From: a virus
Taxonomy: Duplodnaviria; Caudoviricetes
Length of the DNA stretch: 44,663 nucleotides
Strand: one strand, 5' to 3'
Virus record (IMG/VR): IMGVR_UViG_3300036987_000028
Location: 1-44,663 of that record
Of this stretch, positions 26,347 to 36,492 are shown one piece after another. Below the pieces are notes generated by a model, which had not been told where the DNA came from, did not search any database, and worked only from the letters and a program-made list of their open reading frames with translations. The position numbers and the translations under genes are program-made. Position 1 is the first letter of the stretch, and the number at the start of each line of letters is the position of its first letter.

Positions 26347-29300
26347 TTGGCAGAAGACACCCTAGTGCCCTCCAGCCCCGAGCTGGCGGGCCTCAACACT
26401 CCCGGATCGGACAATTACGATCCCTTCCACGACACGTCGTTCACCGCACAAGTCACCGACGCGGAAGTACCGACATCCGTCTATCAGCTCACGGTCGCAG
26501 AGGCCGCCTTCCAAGAGAAGCTGAAGCGACAGGACGAACAAGACAACTACAGCGCATGGGACATCGGCGCGGATATGTGGAGCACCAGCTCTATGGGCTC
26601 CGCGTCGCGCATCGCCATCGACGCCGTGACGGGCGAGAGCCCCGTCTTCCAAGTCAATCTCACGCCCCTCGACGATGCCACGTTCGCGGAGAAGCTCAAG
26701 GCCGCACAGGCATCGGGCCTCTCTGACGAAGCGCTCAGCGAACTCGCCGACGCTCGCAACGTGGAAGAGTTCGACTACATCGTGCAGCGAGCCCGCCAGT
26801 TCGCGGAGGCTAACGAGCGTCTCGCGAGCCAAGGCTTCGGCACTCAGGCCGCCAACTTCCTATGGCAATCCTTCAACCCGGTTGAGCTGGCGCTCGGCTA
26901 CGGGTACATCGGCCCCGCGGTGAAGACCGCAAAGGGCTTGAACGCCTCCCGTAAGGCCGTCGCCGGTATCTCGGCCGCTGGCTCTGCCGCCGCCCTCACA
27001 TCGTCTCTGGCGATCCAGGACGCTGGCGGCGCTGCCCCGAGCCTTGGCGAGTACATCTTCGCCGCTGGCCTTGGCGCGTCACTCGGCGCCGCTCTCGGTC
27101 CAGTTGGCTACAGCCCGGCATCCGCCGCTGAGCGCAAGGCTATCGAAGCTGGCGCTCGCCGCGTCGTCACCGTGGGCGAGAAGGTCAGTGCCGCTGAAGT
27201 CGCCGCTACAGAGGCCGCCGCTAACCCGCCGCCCGCCCCGAAGGCCGCTGTGGTCGCCGCCGAGCAAGCCGCTCGCGATGGCGAACCCGCCCCGGCTCCC
27301 GCACCAGCTCCCGACGCGAAGGCGCTCAAGCTCCAGCTCCGTAACGCCAAGCGCGTATTCGAGAAGGATCGCGCTCGTGCCGAGGCCGCTGGCGAGGACG
27401 TGGAGGCGCTGAAGAGTGGCCCCCGCGCTCAGAAGATCGCCGCGCTTGAACAGCAGCTCGCGGACCTGGAGGGCGCTCCCAAGGGCGCTATCCACGCACC
27501 GGCAGACAGCTTCGCCGACGCGCTCAATGACGTAGAGAACCCCGGCGCTCTCAACAGCACCCGCGTTCGGTACTCGCGCAAAGAGCCCGACGAACCGCTG
27601 GAGGACGTTGCCCGTAAGAGCATCCTCGGCCCCGCTCGCGATCTTCTCCAGAAGACACAGCACGAGTACATCGACGCGCTCCAGATGGGCGGCCACGCGA
27701 TGGCGGCCAAGTTCCTGAAGCGCCGCATCGAGAGCCTTGAAGCGAATATCCGCGCTCTGGAGAACGCAAAGACGGACGGCGGCTTCTCTATCAAGCCGTG
27801 GCCGACTGACCTCCCCGACGCGCTCGGTAATTTCCAAGGCAACGCTGCCCAAGGGCGCTACGTCTACATCATGAAGGGCGACCTTCCCGTAGGCCACGTC
27901 TGGTACGCGATCCGCGGCAAAGGCAAAGTCTTCATCAAGTGGTTCGGTCTCTACGGTAAGAGCGAGCAGAACTTCGGCCGCGCACACGACCTCCCGCCCG
28001 GCGCTGTGAAGAGCTTCGCACGAGGCTTCAAAGAGCTTCACCCGGACAAGGTGGGCGACGACGGCAAGGTGGCCTACACAGGTCTCCGCGTCTCCGGCGC
28101 ACACTCCCGTATCGACGGCCCGGCCGGAGCTGAGCGCCAGACCGTGCGCCTCTCGCGCCAAGACCCTATGGAAGCCTCGTTGGCCCGCCCCGGTGCCATC
28201 GAAGCCGCTCGTGAAATCCTCTCGCGCATCCTCCCGGATCACGGCGGCGTCGGCGTCAAGATTGACGACGCGCTCCCACAAGGCATCAACGGCCAATACC
28301 TCGACCGCCTCATCCACTTGGCGACCAACGCCGACGATCTGGAGAAGGCCGCCTACCACGAGGGCACACACGCCCTGAAGGCCATTGGCGTCATCAACAC
28401 CGACGACTGGACCAAGCTCGTGGACAAGGCGTGGAGTAAGCAGCTCCAGCCGCTCCGCGATAAGGTGGAGAAGCTCTACGGCCCCGACGAACTCGACTAC
28501 GATCAGTTCTCGGAAGAGTTGGTCGCGCACATGATCGCGGCCCGCGCCAAGGGCGAGACCTTCGGCGCCGTCGATGCGATCCTTGAGAAAGTGATTAGCT
28601 GGCTCCGCACCGTGCGCGACACGCTCGGCGTCTCCGGCTACCGCACCGCTCAAGACGTGTTCGACGACATCGACACGGGCGCCCTCGCCAAGACCTTCGA
28701 CGAGAACCCCCAGCTCTGGCCCGACAGCCCGCTCGCTGAGAAGGGCTCCGTAGGCGCGGCGATGACACCCGACGCCGATCTACCCGCCGATCTGGAGTTC
28801 GTTCGCGATCAAGCCGTGCGCTGGATCAAGAATGAGGACGTGCCCTACACCGCGTATGGCGGCGTCCGTCCCGACCGTGCCGCGTTCGCTGGCAAGTCGG
28901 ACAACCCCATCTCGCGCTTGCTCGGTAAGAACCTCCTAGACGACAGCGTAGGCTTGGCGGATCACAGCGAGAACTCATTCTCCGCTGACCTCGACCAAGA
29001 ACAGCTCTTCGGTAAGCTCGCCGTCCCGTACCTTCAGGCTCGCGACGCACAGCGTCTCGCCTATCAGAACGCGATGGGCGTCCCGCGCTTCAAGCGTCAC
29101 TTCGCTGCAAAGGAGTTTTACGAGAACCTCGGCCGCTTCATGAGCGGTGAAGAGCTTCCGAAGAACATGCCCGCGCCCGCGAAGGCCGCGATCAAGAAGC
29201 TCGCCGACGTTATGGCCGAGCAGTTTGAGCTTGCCCGCCGCTACGCGCAGAACCCGAAGTACCGTGCAGACCACGCCGACGATGCGCAGATCATCGCGCG

Positions 29301-31386
29301 TCCCCTCATCAACGCCGTGAACCTGAAGCCCCCGGAGGCCGGTAAGTATTACTTCCCGCGCAAATACTCCGCGTTCGCTGTGCAGGAAGCTGTGAAGCGT
29401 GAGGACGGTAAGTTCCTCGACCGCATCTTCACCGAAGCGATCCGTGAGGCACAACCAGGTCTCCAGCCCGAGTACCTGGAGCGCCTCGGCAAAGGCTTCG
29501 CCAAGAACGTCAAGTACCGTTCGTTCGGTCTCGGAGATGAGTGGTCGATTGCCTTCGCAGACGGCGACCGATCGCGCCTCATGAAGTTCCTCATGGAAGA
29601 CGCGGAAATCCCCGCACCGGACGCTGAGACCATCGTCACCAAAATGATGGATGGCCGTGCGCCCGATCCCGGCGCCGCGATGGGCAACTTCAAGAACCGC
29701 GTCCTTCTCAATGAGAACTACGTGGACCCGATCACCGGGTTCAAGCTCATGGACCTCATGGAGAAGAACGCCGACGACGCCTTCCAAACGTACATGATGC
29801 GTCTCTCCGGCCGTCTCGCGATGGCTCGCATGGAAGTCCGTGCGCCCACTCTGCCGCGCTTCAAGCGTGTGTACGAGGCGGATGGCAAGACGTTCAAGGA
29901 CGTGCCCGATGGCGTACACGGCGGCGAGATTATTCTCGACGGCGTTCGCGAAGATGCCGACCTCGACCGCTACTTCCGTTCCATGAAGGAATGGGCAGCG
30001 CAGTTCGGCGACATGCGTCTCCAGCGCCAGACGGACGTGGACATCCAACGGTTCAAGTTCGCCTACGACCGAGTTATGAAGCGCCCCCTGGACGTGCAGC
30101 AAGGCACGTTCGCACAGGTGCTCCGCAACCTCCGTGACTACAACTTCATCCGGCTCATGTGGGCCGTGCCCATCTCAATGATGAATGAGTTCGTGCTCCC
30201 CGTCGCCACGCTCGGCGTGAAGGCGGGCTTCAAGCACATGCCAGCGATGCGTCGCGTTATCGACCAAGCGGGCAAGGCGAAGCTGAACTCGGTCCTCTTC
30301 GACGAGATCGAACACATGGGCATCGGTCACGACACGCTTCACCGACCGACGTTCCGCGCCGTGGACAACTACGCCGACGACCAGCTCGCGGCGATCAACG
30401 GTTCGTTCCACCAGCGGCTCACCGACTGGCTCCAGTACGGTACGAAGCTCACGTCGCACTACTCCGGCATGGCCGGGACGCAAGCCTTCTCCGAACGCCT
30501 CGCCGCGTCGGCAGCTTTCCAGAAGTTGTCGCTCATGGCTGAGAAGTTCCGCGCCGGTCACAAGTTCGACGCCGACGACCTCCAGCGATGGCGGCAGCTC
30601 GGCTTGAGCGACGGCATGATGAAGCGCGTCCTCGACAACTTCCGCCACGCAGAGACCGAGGGCAGCGTCTACTTCCCCGGCTCCGGTAAGAAGCTCACGC
30701 GGCTTCGGCTGGACAAGTGGGAGCCCGACGTGGCCGACGCTGTGGAGCAAGCCGTCTTCCGCCTCACGCGCAAGCTCATTCAGAAGCAGAGCGTGGGCAA
30801 CACGGCGATTTGGATGAGCGACCCGCTCTACCAGAGCATCTTCCAGTTCCGTAACTTCTCGTTCTCATCCCTACCGAACCACACGCTCTACAATCTTCAC
30901 ATGCGTGACGCCGCCGCCGTGCGGACCATCCTGTGGAGCACGACGTGGGCCGCGACGGTTCGTGCGATGCAATTGCAGCTCACCGCTTCAATGCGTCCAG
31001 ACGGCGACGAGTACCTGGAGAAGTACGGCTCGGCATGGCAGCTCGCGAAGGCGGGCTTCTCCCGTTCGGGCTACGCTTCAGTCTCGCCCATGTTCATCGA
31101 CACGCTACTGCGAATGCTCGGCCAGCCCGGCGCGTTCGAAGCGCGTTCCACTGGACAGCCGTCCGACATCTTCGGCGGCTCGCCCCTCATCTCCGCGTAC
31201 AACTCCGCGGTAGAGGGCGTTGGTGGCATCGCCGGTTCGTTTATCGACAGCCGCGAGATGAGCCAAGCGGAGCTACGAGCACTCGGCAGTCTCTTGCCGG
31301 GTTACACGATCCCGTTGACTGGCGTGTTCAGTCACCTAGTCGCGGATCGCCCCAAGAAGGCACCGCGGAAAGACCCGCCGTTCTAA
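26347..31386 (+). CDS. Large internal virion protein (gp16-like) with inserted HExxH-containing region
   Basis: 1679 aa, directly before tail fibre; C-terminal IFQFRNF; internal YHEGTHAL...EELVAH. Confidence 0.82.
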   Translation: MAEDTLVPSSPELAGLNTPGSDNYDPFHDTSFTAQVTDAEVPTSVYQLTVAEAAFQEKLKRQDEQDNYSAWDIGADMWSTSSMGSASRIAIDAVTGESPVFQVNLTPLDDATFAEKLKAAQASGLSDEALSELADARNVEEFDYIVQRARQFAEANERLASQGFGTQAANFLWQSFNPVELALGYGYIGPAVKTAKGLNASRKAVAGISAAGSAAALTSSLAIQDAGGAAPSLGEYIFAAGLGASLGAALGPVGYSPASAAERKAIEAGARRVVTVGEKVSAAEVAATEAAANPPPAPKAAVVAAEQAARDGEPAPAPAPAPDAKALKLQLRNAKRVFEKDRARAEAAGEDVEALKSGPRAQKIAALEQQLADLEGAPKGAIHAPADSFADALNDVENPGALNSTRVRYSRKEPDEPLEDVARKSILGPARDLLQKTQHEYIDALQMGGHAMAAKFLKRRIESLEANIRALENAKTDGGFSIKPWPTDLPDALGNFQGNAAQGRYVYIMKGDLPVGHVWYAIRGKGKVFIKWFGLYGKSEQNFGRAHDLPPGAVKSFARGFKELHPDKVGDDGKVAYTGLRVSGAHSRIDGPAGAERQTVRLSRQDPMEASLARPGAIEAAREILSRILPDHGGVGVKIDDALPQGINGQYLDRLIHLATNADDLEKAAYHEGTHALKAIGVINTDDWTKLVDKAWSKQLQPLRDKVEKLYGPDELDYDQFSEELVAHMIAARAKGETFGAVDAILEKVISWLRTVRDTLGVSGYRTAQDVFDDIDTGALAKTFDENPQLWPDSPLAEKGSVGAAMTPDADLPADLEFVRDQAVRWIKNEDVPYTAYGGVRPDRAAFAGKSDNPISRLLGKNLLDDSVGLADHSENSFSADLDQEQLFGKLAVPYLQARDAQRLAYQNAMGVPRFKRHFAAKEFYENLGRFMSGEELPKNMPAPAKAAIKKLADVMAEQFELARRYAQNPKYRADHADDAQIIARPLINAVNLKPPEAGKYYFPRKYSAFAVQEAVKREDGKFLDRIFTEAIREAQPGLQPEYLERLGKGFAKNVKYRSFGLGDEWSIAFADGDRSRLMKFLMEDAEIPAPDAETIVTKMMDGRAPDPGAAMGNFKNRVLLNENYVDPITGFKLMDLMEKNADDAFQTYMMRLSGRLAMARMEVRAPTLPRFKRVYEADGKTFKDVPDGVHGGEIILDGVREDADLDRYFRSMKEWAAQFGDMRLQRQTDVDIQRFKFAYDRVMKRPLDVQQGTFAQVLRNLRDYNFIRLMWAVPISMMNEFVLPVATLGVKAGFKHMPAMRRVIDQAGKAKLNSVLFDEIEHMGIGHDTLHRPTFRAVDNYADDQLAAINGSFHQRLTDWLQYGTKLTSHYSGMAGTQAFSERLAASAAFQKLSLMAEKFRAGHKFDADDLQRWRQLGLSDGMMKRVLDNFRHAETEGSVYFPGSGKKLTRLRLDKWEPDVADAVEQAVFRLTRKLIQKQSVGNTAIWMSDPLYQSIFQFRNFSFSSLPNHTLYNLHMRDAAAVRTILWSTTWAATVRAMQLQLTASMRPDGDEYLEKYGSAWQLAKAGFSRSGYASVSPMFIDTLLRMLGQPGAFEARSTGQPSDIFGGSPLISAYNSAVEGVGGIAGSFIDSREMSQAELRALGSLLPGYTIPLTGVFSHLVADRPKKAPRKDPPF

Positions 31387-31393
31387 GCATCAT

Positions 31394-31434
31394 GACCCCC
31401 GCCTCTGCCGAAAGGTACGCGGGGGTTCTCTTTT
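31394..31434 (+). terminator. Hairpin/terminator after gp16-like gene
   Basis: GACCCCCGC...GCGGGGGTTC followed by TCTTTT. Confidence 0.6.
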
Positions 31435-31443
31435 GTGAGCCCT

Positions 31444-33471
31444 ATGTCAGACCCGACGAACATCTACTACACCATCGCTGGTACGGACTACACGTTCCCC
31501 TTCGCCTATCTCTCCGCGTCTCACGTCAAGGCCACTATCGACGGCGTGGCGGCGACCTACGAACTCATCGCACAGAACACTATCCGCATCGTCTCGACCG
31601 GCAACGTCGGTAAGACCTTGCGCATCTATCGAGACACGCCGCGCACCGCGATCCATACGTGGGAAGACGGCGCCGTGATCCTCGGCTCCCATATGAACGC
31701 CGCGAATACGCAGAGCGTCTACGTCGCCGAAGAGGCGATGGGCTACGCCGAAGGCATCGCCGAAGAGGCTAAGCAGTTCGCCCTAGACGGTCTCGCTGGC
31801 GCCATCGACACGGCCCTCGACGCCGCGAAGGTGGAGTTGGCCGCGAGCATCGCTCCGCAAGTCACCGCCGCAGAAAGCGCCAAGACTGGTGCAGAGAGCG
31901 CCCGCAACACGGCAGAGACCCACAAGAACGCTGCACAGGCCGCGGTAGCCGAAGCTGAAGCCGCCGTCGAAGGCGTCCCCGCCGCCGCCGAAGCCGCTGT
32001 GGAGGGCGTTGTCGCCGACGCGATAGCCGACGTTCAGACCACGCTCCAATCCTACGTCACAACCGCCGCTGGCCACGTCGCCACGACCGAAGCGAACAAG
32101 ACCGCTACCGCCGCCAGCGCATCCGCTGCCGCGGGCTCGGCCACGACCGCCTCCGGTCACAAGGACGCCGCTGCCGCGAGCGCTACCGCTGCCGCCACGA
32201 GCGCGAGCGGCGTTAGTGCCGCGCTGGCCACGATCCCGGACCTCGCCGCCGACGCTGCCGAAGAGGCTGTGAGCGGCTACGTCGAAGACGCTGAGAACCA
32301 CGCCGACGACGCGCAAGCGACCCTCGACGAGTTCCTGAAGCGCTTCCTCGGCGCCTTCGCAGCGAACCCGACAGTGGACCTCAAGGGCAACGCGCTCCAG
32401 ACGGGCGCCCTGTACTTCAACACCACGGCGCACGAGATGCGTGTGTGGGATGGCAGCTCGTGGGGCGCCGCGTACATCCCCGGCAGTTCATCCGTCGCCA
32501 GCTTCAATGGCCGCACGGGCGCCGTCACCCCGACGACGGGCGACTATGCCGTGGCCCACATCACTGGCCTACAGACCGCGCTTGACGCGAAGGCCGCCGC
32601 TGCCGATCTGGCGGACAAGGCCGATGCCGACGACGTGACGCTCGCGCTCGCCGGTAAGGCCAACACGAGCCATACACAAGCCATCTCCACGATCACCGGC
32701 CTCCAGTCGGCCCTTGATGCGAAGGCCGCGTCGTCTGACGTGACCACCGCGCTCGCTGCGAAGGCCAACGCTTCCGACGTGACCACCGCGCTCGCCGGTA
32801 AGGCGGACACGAGCCACACACAGGCCATCTCCACGATCACCGGCCTCCAGTCGGCCCTTGATGCGAAGGCCGCGTCGTCTGACGTGACCACGGCTCTGGC
32901 GGGCAAGTCCAACACCGGGCACGGCCACGCCACGTCCGACATAACCGGCCTCGACGCCGCGCTCGCCGCAAAGGCCGACGCATCGTCGGTCTCCGGTAAG
33001 GTGGACAGCACTCGCAGCGTCGCGACCTCAGGGCTCGCCACGGGCGGCGGCAACCTCTCTGCCGACCGCACTATCACCGTCCCGAAGGCCGCCGCTTCCG
33101 ACCTCCGCACGGGGACTGACGACACGAAGGCGCTCACCCCTAAGGCGGCCTACGATGCCGTCGCTCCCGTGGCGCTCACCGACGCGTCCACCATCGCCTT
33201 CGACTTCGCCACGGGCAACCATATGTACGTGACGCTCGGCGGCAACCGCGGCATGGGCGCCGGTTCCAACATCAAGCCCGGCCAGTCGGGCACGATCCGC
33301 ATTGCACAGGACGCCACGGGCTCGCGCACGTTGACGTTCAACTCCGTGTGGAAGTTCGCTGGCGGCACCGCGCCGTCGCTCACGACCACGGCCAACGCGG
33401 TCGATGTGCTGAGCTATTACGCGTATTCGTCCACCTGGATTTACGCGTCGCTCGCGAAGGACGTGAAGTAA
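31444..33471 (+). CDS. Tail fibre protein (gp17-like N-terminus)
   Basis: FPFAYL...HVK...IYRDTP adaptor; Ala-rich coil; ITGLQ.ALDAK repeats; QDATGSRTL C-terminus. Confidence 0.92.
   Translation: MSDPTNIYYTIAGTDYTFPFAYLSASHVKATIDGVAATYELIAQNTIRIVSTGNVGKTLRIYRDTPRTAIHTWEDGAVILGSHMNAANTQSVYVAEEAMGYAEGIAEEAKQFALDGLAGAIDTALDAAKVELAASIAPQVTAAESAKTGAESARNTAETHKNAAQAAVAEAEAAVEGVPAAAEAAVEGVVADAIADVQTTLQSYVTTAAGHVATTEANKTATAASASAAAGSATTASGHKDAAAASATAAATSASGVSAALATIPDLAADAAEEAVSGYVEDAENHADDAQATLDEFLKRFLGAFAANPTVDLKGNALQTGALYFNTTAHEMRVWDGSSWGAAYIPGSSSVASFNGRTGAVTPTTGDYAVAHITGLQTALDAKAAAADLADKADADDVTLALAGKANTSHTQAISTITGLQSALDAKAASSDVTTALAAKANASDVTTALAGKADTSHTQAISTITGLQSALDAKAASSDVTTALAGKSNTGHGHATSDITGLDAALAAKADASSVSGKVDSTRSVATSGLATGGGNLSADRTITVPKAAASDLRTGTDDTKALTPKAAYDAVAPVALTDASTIAFDFATGNHMYVTLGGNRGMGAGSNIKPGQSGTIRIAQDATGSRTLTFNSVWKFAGGTAPSLTTTANAVDVLSYYAYSSTWIYASLAKDVK
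32680..32891 (+). repeat. Exact 68-bp duplication in tail fibre (32680-32747, 32824-32891)
   Basis: Identical DNA 144 bp apart, in frame. Confidence 0.9.
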
Positions 33472-33890
33472 TGGCCCTTCCCGGAATGGTCATGCCTCCC
33501 GGTCTCTTCGCCGGTATCTCCGCCCCCGCGTTCTTGACGCTCACCTTGGGAACGTCGGGCGTCTACAGCGACGCCGAGTACGAGTACGGCTATAGGCCGA
33601 GCTACTATGGCAGCTTGACGCCGACCGTAGCCGCGACTGGCGACACCATCTTCGAAATCTACACCAAGTGGGATGACGACGAAGGCTACGTGGGCTTCAC
33701 GATGGTGCTCAATGGTAGTGTGGCCGCTGGCACCAAAAAGCTTCGCGACAACGGCGTCAACTCAACCGCGCTCTCTGCAATGATCCGCTCAGAGGCTGGT
33801 GGCAAAACATACTTTGGAATTACACTTCCACCGTCGTGGTTACAGTGGACCACCACCGGCACGAAGCTCATCCAGATCACCGCATCGTAA
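33471..33890 (+). CDS. Tail-fibre-associated protein (139 aa)
   Basis: TAATG overlap with fibre; beta-rich, aromatic. Confidence 0.6.
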   Translation: MALPGMVMPPGLFAGISAPAFLTLTLGTSGVYSDAEYEYGYRPSYYGSLTPTVAATGDTIFEIYTKWDDDEGYVGFTMVLNGSVAAGTKKLRDNGVNSTALSAMIRSEAGGKTYFGITLPPSWLQWTTTGTKLIQITAS

Positions 33891-33900
33891 GGACACTCTC

Positions 33901-34110
33901 TTGAAACTCTACAACGTGCCCGGCGTGGGAAAGCTCGCGCCGGGGACGCCTTTCAACGCGACTTACCAGTTCGCAAACGAGGACGGCTCTGTCTTCGCAG
34001 ACGAGATCAAGTTCCCCGCGAATTGGCTTGAACTCGCAACACCCGAAGACCTCACCCTCTACAGCATCACCGTAGAGAAAGTACCCGATCCGCCCGGCCC
34101 GACCGCATGA
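33901..34110 (+). CDS. Tail-fibre assembly-like protein (69 aa, TTG start)
   Basis: AAGGAC RBS; FPANWL..ATPEDL. Confidence 0.6.
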   Translation: MKLYNVPGVGKLAPGTPFNATYQFANEDGSVFADEIKFPANWLELATPEDLTLYSITVEKVPDPPGPTA

Positions 34111-34331
34111 ACGAAGACAGTCACCGCGTCCTAGGCCGCGTCGAAGGCAAGCTCGACATGCTCATAGAGGGCGTGAAGCTCATCAACGATAAGCAAGCGA
34201 AGCTCGACGAGCGCGTGGACAGCATCGAACGCGACGCACACACCGGCAAGTACATGCTCACGCTACTCGGCACTCTCGCCGGGTTCGTCGGCGCGAACTT
34301 CGCCACGATCCTCCAGTGGTTCCGCACATGA
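34107..34331 (+). CDS. Coiled-coil protein with C-terminal TM (holin-like, gp17.5 position)
   Basis: LGRVEGKLD coil plus C-terminal hydrophobic helix. Confidence 0.55.
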   Translation: MNEDSHRVLGRVEGKLDMLIEGVKLINDKQAKLDERVDSIERDAHTGKYMLTLLGTLAGFVGANFATILQWFRT

Positions 34332-34417
34332 CGCTATTCCTCATCGCCGCCCTCGGCGGTTTCATCGGAGGCGCTACAGCTATCGGCGCCTTCTGTTACG
34401 CGATGGTCCGCACATGA
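34328..34417 (+). CDS. Tiny hydrophobic peptide (29 aa)
   Basis: ATGA overlaps on both sides. Confidence 0.5.
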   Translation: MTLFLIAALGGFIGGATAIGAFCYAMVRT

Positions 34418-34662
34418 GCCGCAAGAAGACCGCCACCGAAGAGGCGCTTGAGCAGCTACACGCTCAGCTCGCCACGGTCATGAAGGCCCGCCTCAGTGGC
34501 CCTGAAGTGTCCGCCGCGGACCTCAACGTGATCCGCGCATTCCTCAAAGACAACGGCATCGACGCCGTGCCGACGAAGGGCTCGCCGCTTGGCGACCTCG
34601 TGGACAAGCTCCCGACGTTCGGCCCGGACGACATCGCGGCCGAAGACCAAACGTACAACTGA
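34414..34662 (+). CDS. terS: Terminase small subunit (gp18-like)
   Basis: L..LH..LA...AADLNVIRAFLKDNGI; directly before TerL. Confidence 0.88.
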   Translation: MSRKKTATEEALEQLHAQLATVMKARLSGPEVSAADLNVIRAFLKDNGIDAVPTKGSPLGDLVDKLPTFGPDDIAAEDQTYN

Positions 34663-34717
34663 TAACAGGTTAGCGCTAAGTGCTCCCTTCGGGCGCTAAG
34701 CGCTCAGATATGATCAC

Positions 34718-36487
34718 TTGAAAGAACATAAAGACCGCCTAATGAACTCGGCGGCCGACTTGTCGGAAGACCCTCTCAAGGGGGACTTCCGCAAGTTCGT
34801 GTACGTCGTGTGGAAGCATCTCGGCCTCCCCGACCCGACGCCTATCCAGTACGACATTGCGTGGTGGCTCCAGCACGGTCCTAAACGTGCGGTCATCCAA
34901 GCCTTCCGCGGCGTCGGTAAGAGCTGGATCACGGTCGCGTTCGTCCTCTGGACGCTCTACTGCGACCCACAAAAGAAGATCATGGTTGTCTCGGCCAACG
35001 CGCCGAAGGCATCCGAGTTCTCGACGTTCTGTCTCCAGCTACTCCGCGACATGCCGCTACTGCGGCACCTACAGCCCCGCGCAGATCAGCGTAGCTCCAC
35101 GATCAGCTTCGACGTTGGCCCGGCAAAGCCCGATCAGTCACCGTCCGTGAAGTCGCTCGGCATCAATGGCCAGCTCGCCGGTTCACGCGCCGACATCATC
35201 GTCCCCGACGACATCGAAATCCCGAAGAACTCTGACACCGAGACCAAGCGCGAGATATTGCTTGAGGCTGTGAAAGAGTTCGACGCCGTTCTGAAGCCGC
35301 TCCCCACGAGCCGTATCGTCTACCTGGGGACGCCGCAGACGGAACAGTCGATCTACAATAAGCTCCCCGAGCGCGGCTACATCATCCGCGTTTGGCCGTC
35401 GCGCTATCCGACCCCTGAGAAGGCGGCCCGGTATGGCGCCCGGCTCGCTCCGAAGATCGCGAAGCTACTCGCTGCCGATCCTAGCTTGGGCATCAATCGC
35501 GCCCCCACGGACCCGGTACGCTTCGACGAGACCGAGCTTGCTGAGCGCGAACTCTCCTACGGTCGCTCGGGCTACGCGCTGCAATTCCAGCTCGATACCT
35601 CGCTCAGCGACGCGGACAAGTACCCGCTCAAACTCGCCGACCTCATCGTCCACCCGTGCGATCCCTATAACGCCCCTATCGACTTCGCGTGGGCCAGCTC
35701 GCCAAGCCTCTCTTGGAAAGACCTCCCCGTCGTCGGTCTCCAGGGCGACCGCTACTTCATGCCGATGTGGTGGAGCCCTACGGTCACGCTCTACGAGGGG
35801 ACCATCATGGCCGTCGATCCCTCGGGACGCGGCAAAGACGAGACCTCTTACGCCGTCGTGAAGCTACTGCACGGTCGCCTCTTCCTCGTGGCGTCTGGCG
35901 GCTTCCTCGGCGAAGGCTACTCCGATGAAGTGCTGAAGAGCATCCTCATGGTGGCCAAGAAGCACGACGTGAAGAAGATCATCGCCGAGCCGAACTTCGG
36001 CGGCGGCATGTTCGTCAAGCTTCTCCAGGGCGCCGCACAGAAGCATTACGCTTGTGGCGTGGAGGATGCCGAGTGGTCCTCGACCATGAAAGAGAACCGC
36101 ATCGTCGATACGCTGGAGCCGGTCATGAACCAGCACCGGCTCATCGTTGATCCGGCTGTGATCCAGGCCGACTACGAGAGCACGAAGAAATACGACGGGG
36201 ACAGATCACCCGAGTACAGATTGTTCTACCAGCTCCCCCGCATGGTGAAACAGAAGGGCGCTCTACGGCACGACGACCGCCTCGACGCGCTCGCCATGGC
36301 CGTCGCCTACTGGACGCGCCACATGGCCCGAGACACCGACAAGGCCGTCACGGATCACCACGAGGCCGCGCTCAATGCCGAGCTGGAGAAATTCATGAAG
36401 GGAGCGCTCGGCGGACAGGCACAACCCGAGCGTAGGTGGGCCTCAAAGGTCGCGCGGAACGCGAATAATAATCAGCGTACCCACTAG
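34718..36487 (+). CDS. terL: Terminase large subunit (gp19-like)
   Basis: QAFRGVGKSWIT, GSRADII, LGTPQTE, DPSGRGKDET, HDDRLDALA; start may be ATG 34742. Confidence 0.97.
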   Translation: MKEHKDRLMNSAADLSEDPLKGDFRKFVYVVWKHLGLPDPTPIQYDIAWWLQHGPKRAVIQAFRGVGKSWITVAFVLWTLYCDPQKKIMVVSANAPKASEFSTFCLQLLRDMPLLRHLQPRADQRSSTISFDVGPAKPDQSPSVKSLGINGQLAGSRADIIVPDDIEIPKNSDTETKREILLEAVKEFDAVLKPLPTSRIVYLGTPQTEQSIYNKLPERGYIIRVWPSRYPTPEKAARYGARLAPKIAKLLAADPSLGINRAPTDPVRFDETELAERELSYGRSGYALQFQLDTSLSDADKYPLKLADLIVHPCDPYNAPIDFAWASSPSLSWKDLPVVGLQGDRYFMPMWWSPTVTLYEGTIMAVDPSGRGKDETSYAVVKLLHGRLFLVASGGFLGEGYSDEVLKSILMVAKKHDVKKIIAEPNFGGGMFVKLLQGAAQKHYACGVEDAEWSSTMKENRIVDTLEPVMNQHRLIVDPAVIQADYESTKKYDGDRSPEYRLFYQLPRMVKQKGALRHDDRLDALAMAVAYWTRHMARDTDKAVTDHHEAALNAELEKFMKGALGGQAQPERRWASKVARNANNNQRTH

Positions 36488-36492
36488 CCCCC

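Noticed and set aside
31444-33890. Diversity-generating retroelement acting on the tail fibre
   Set aside because: No reverse transcriptase; the duplication is exact and in frame, not an adenine-variable TR/VR pair
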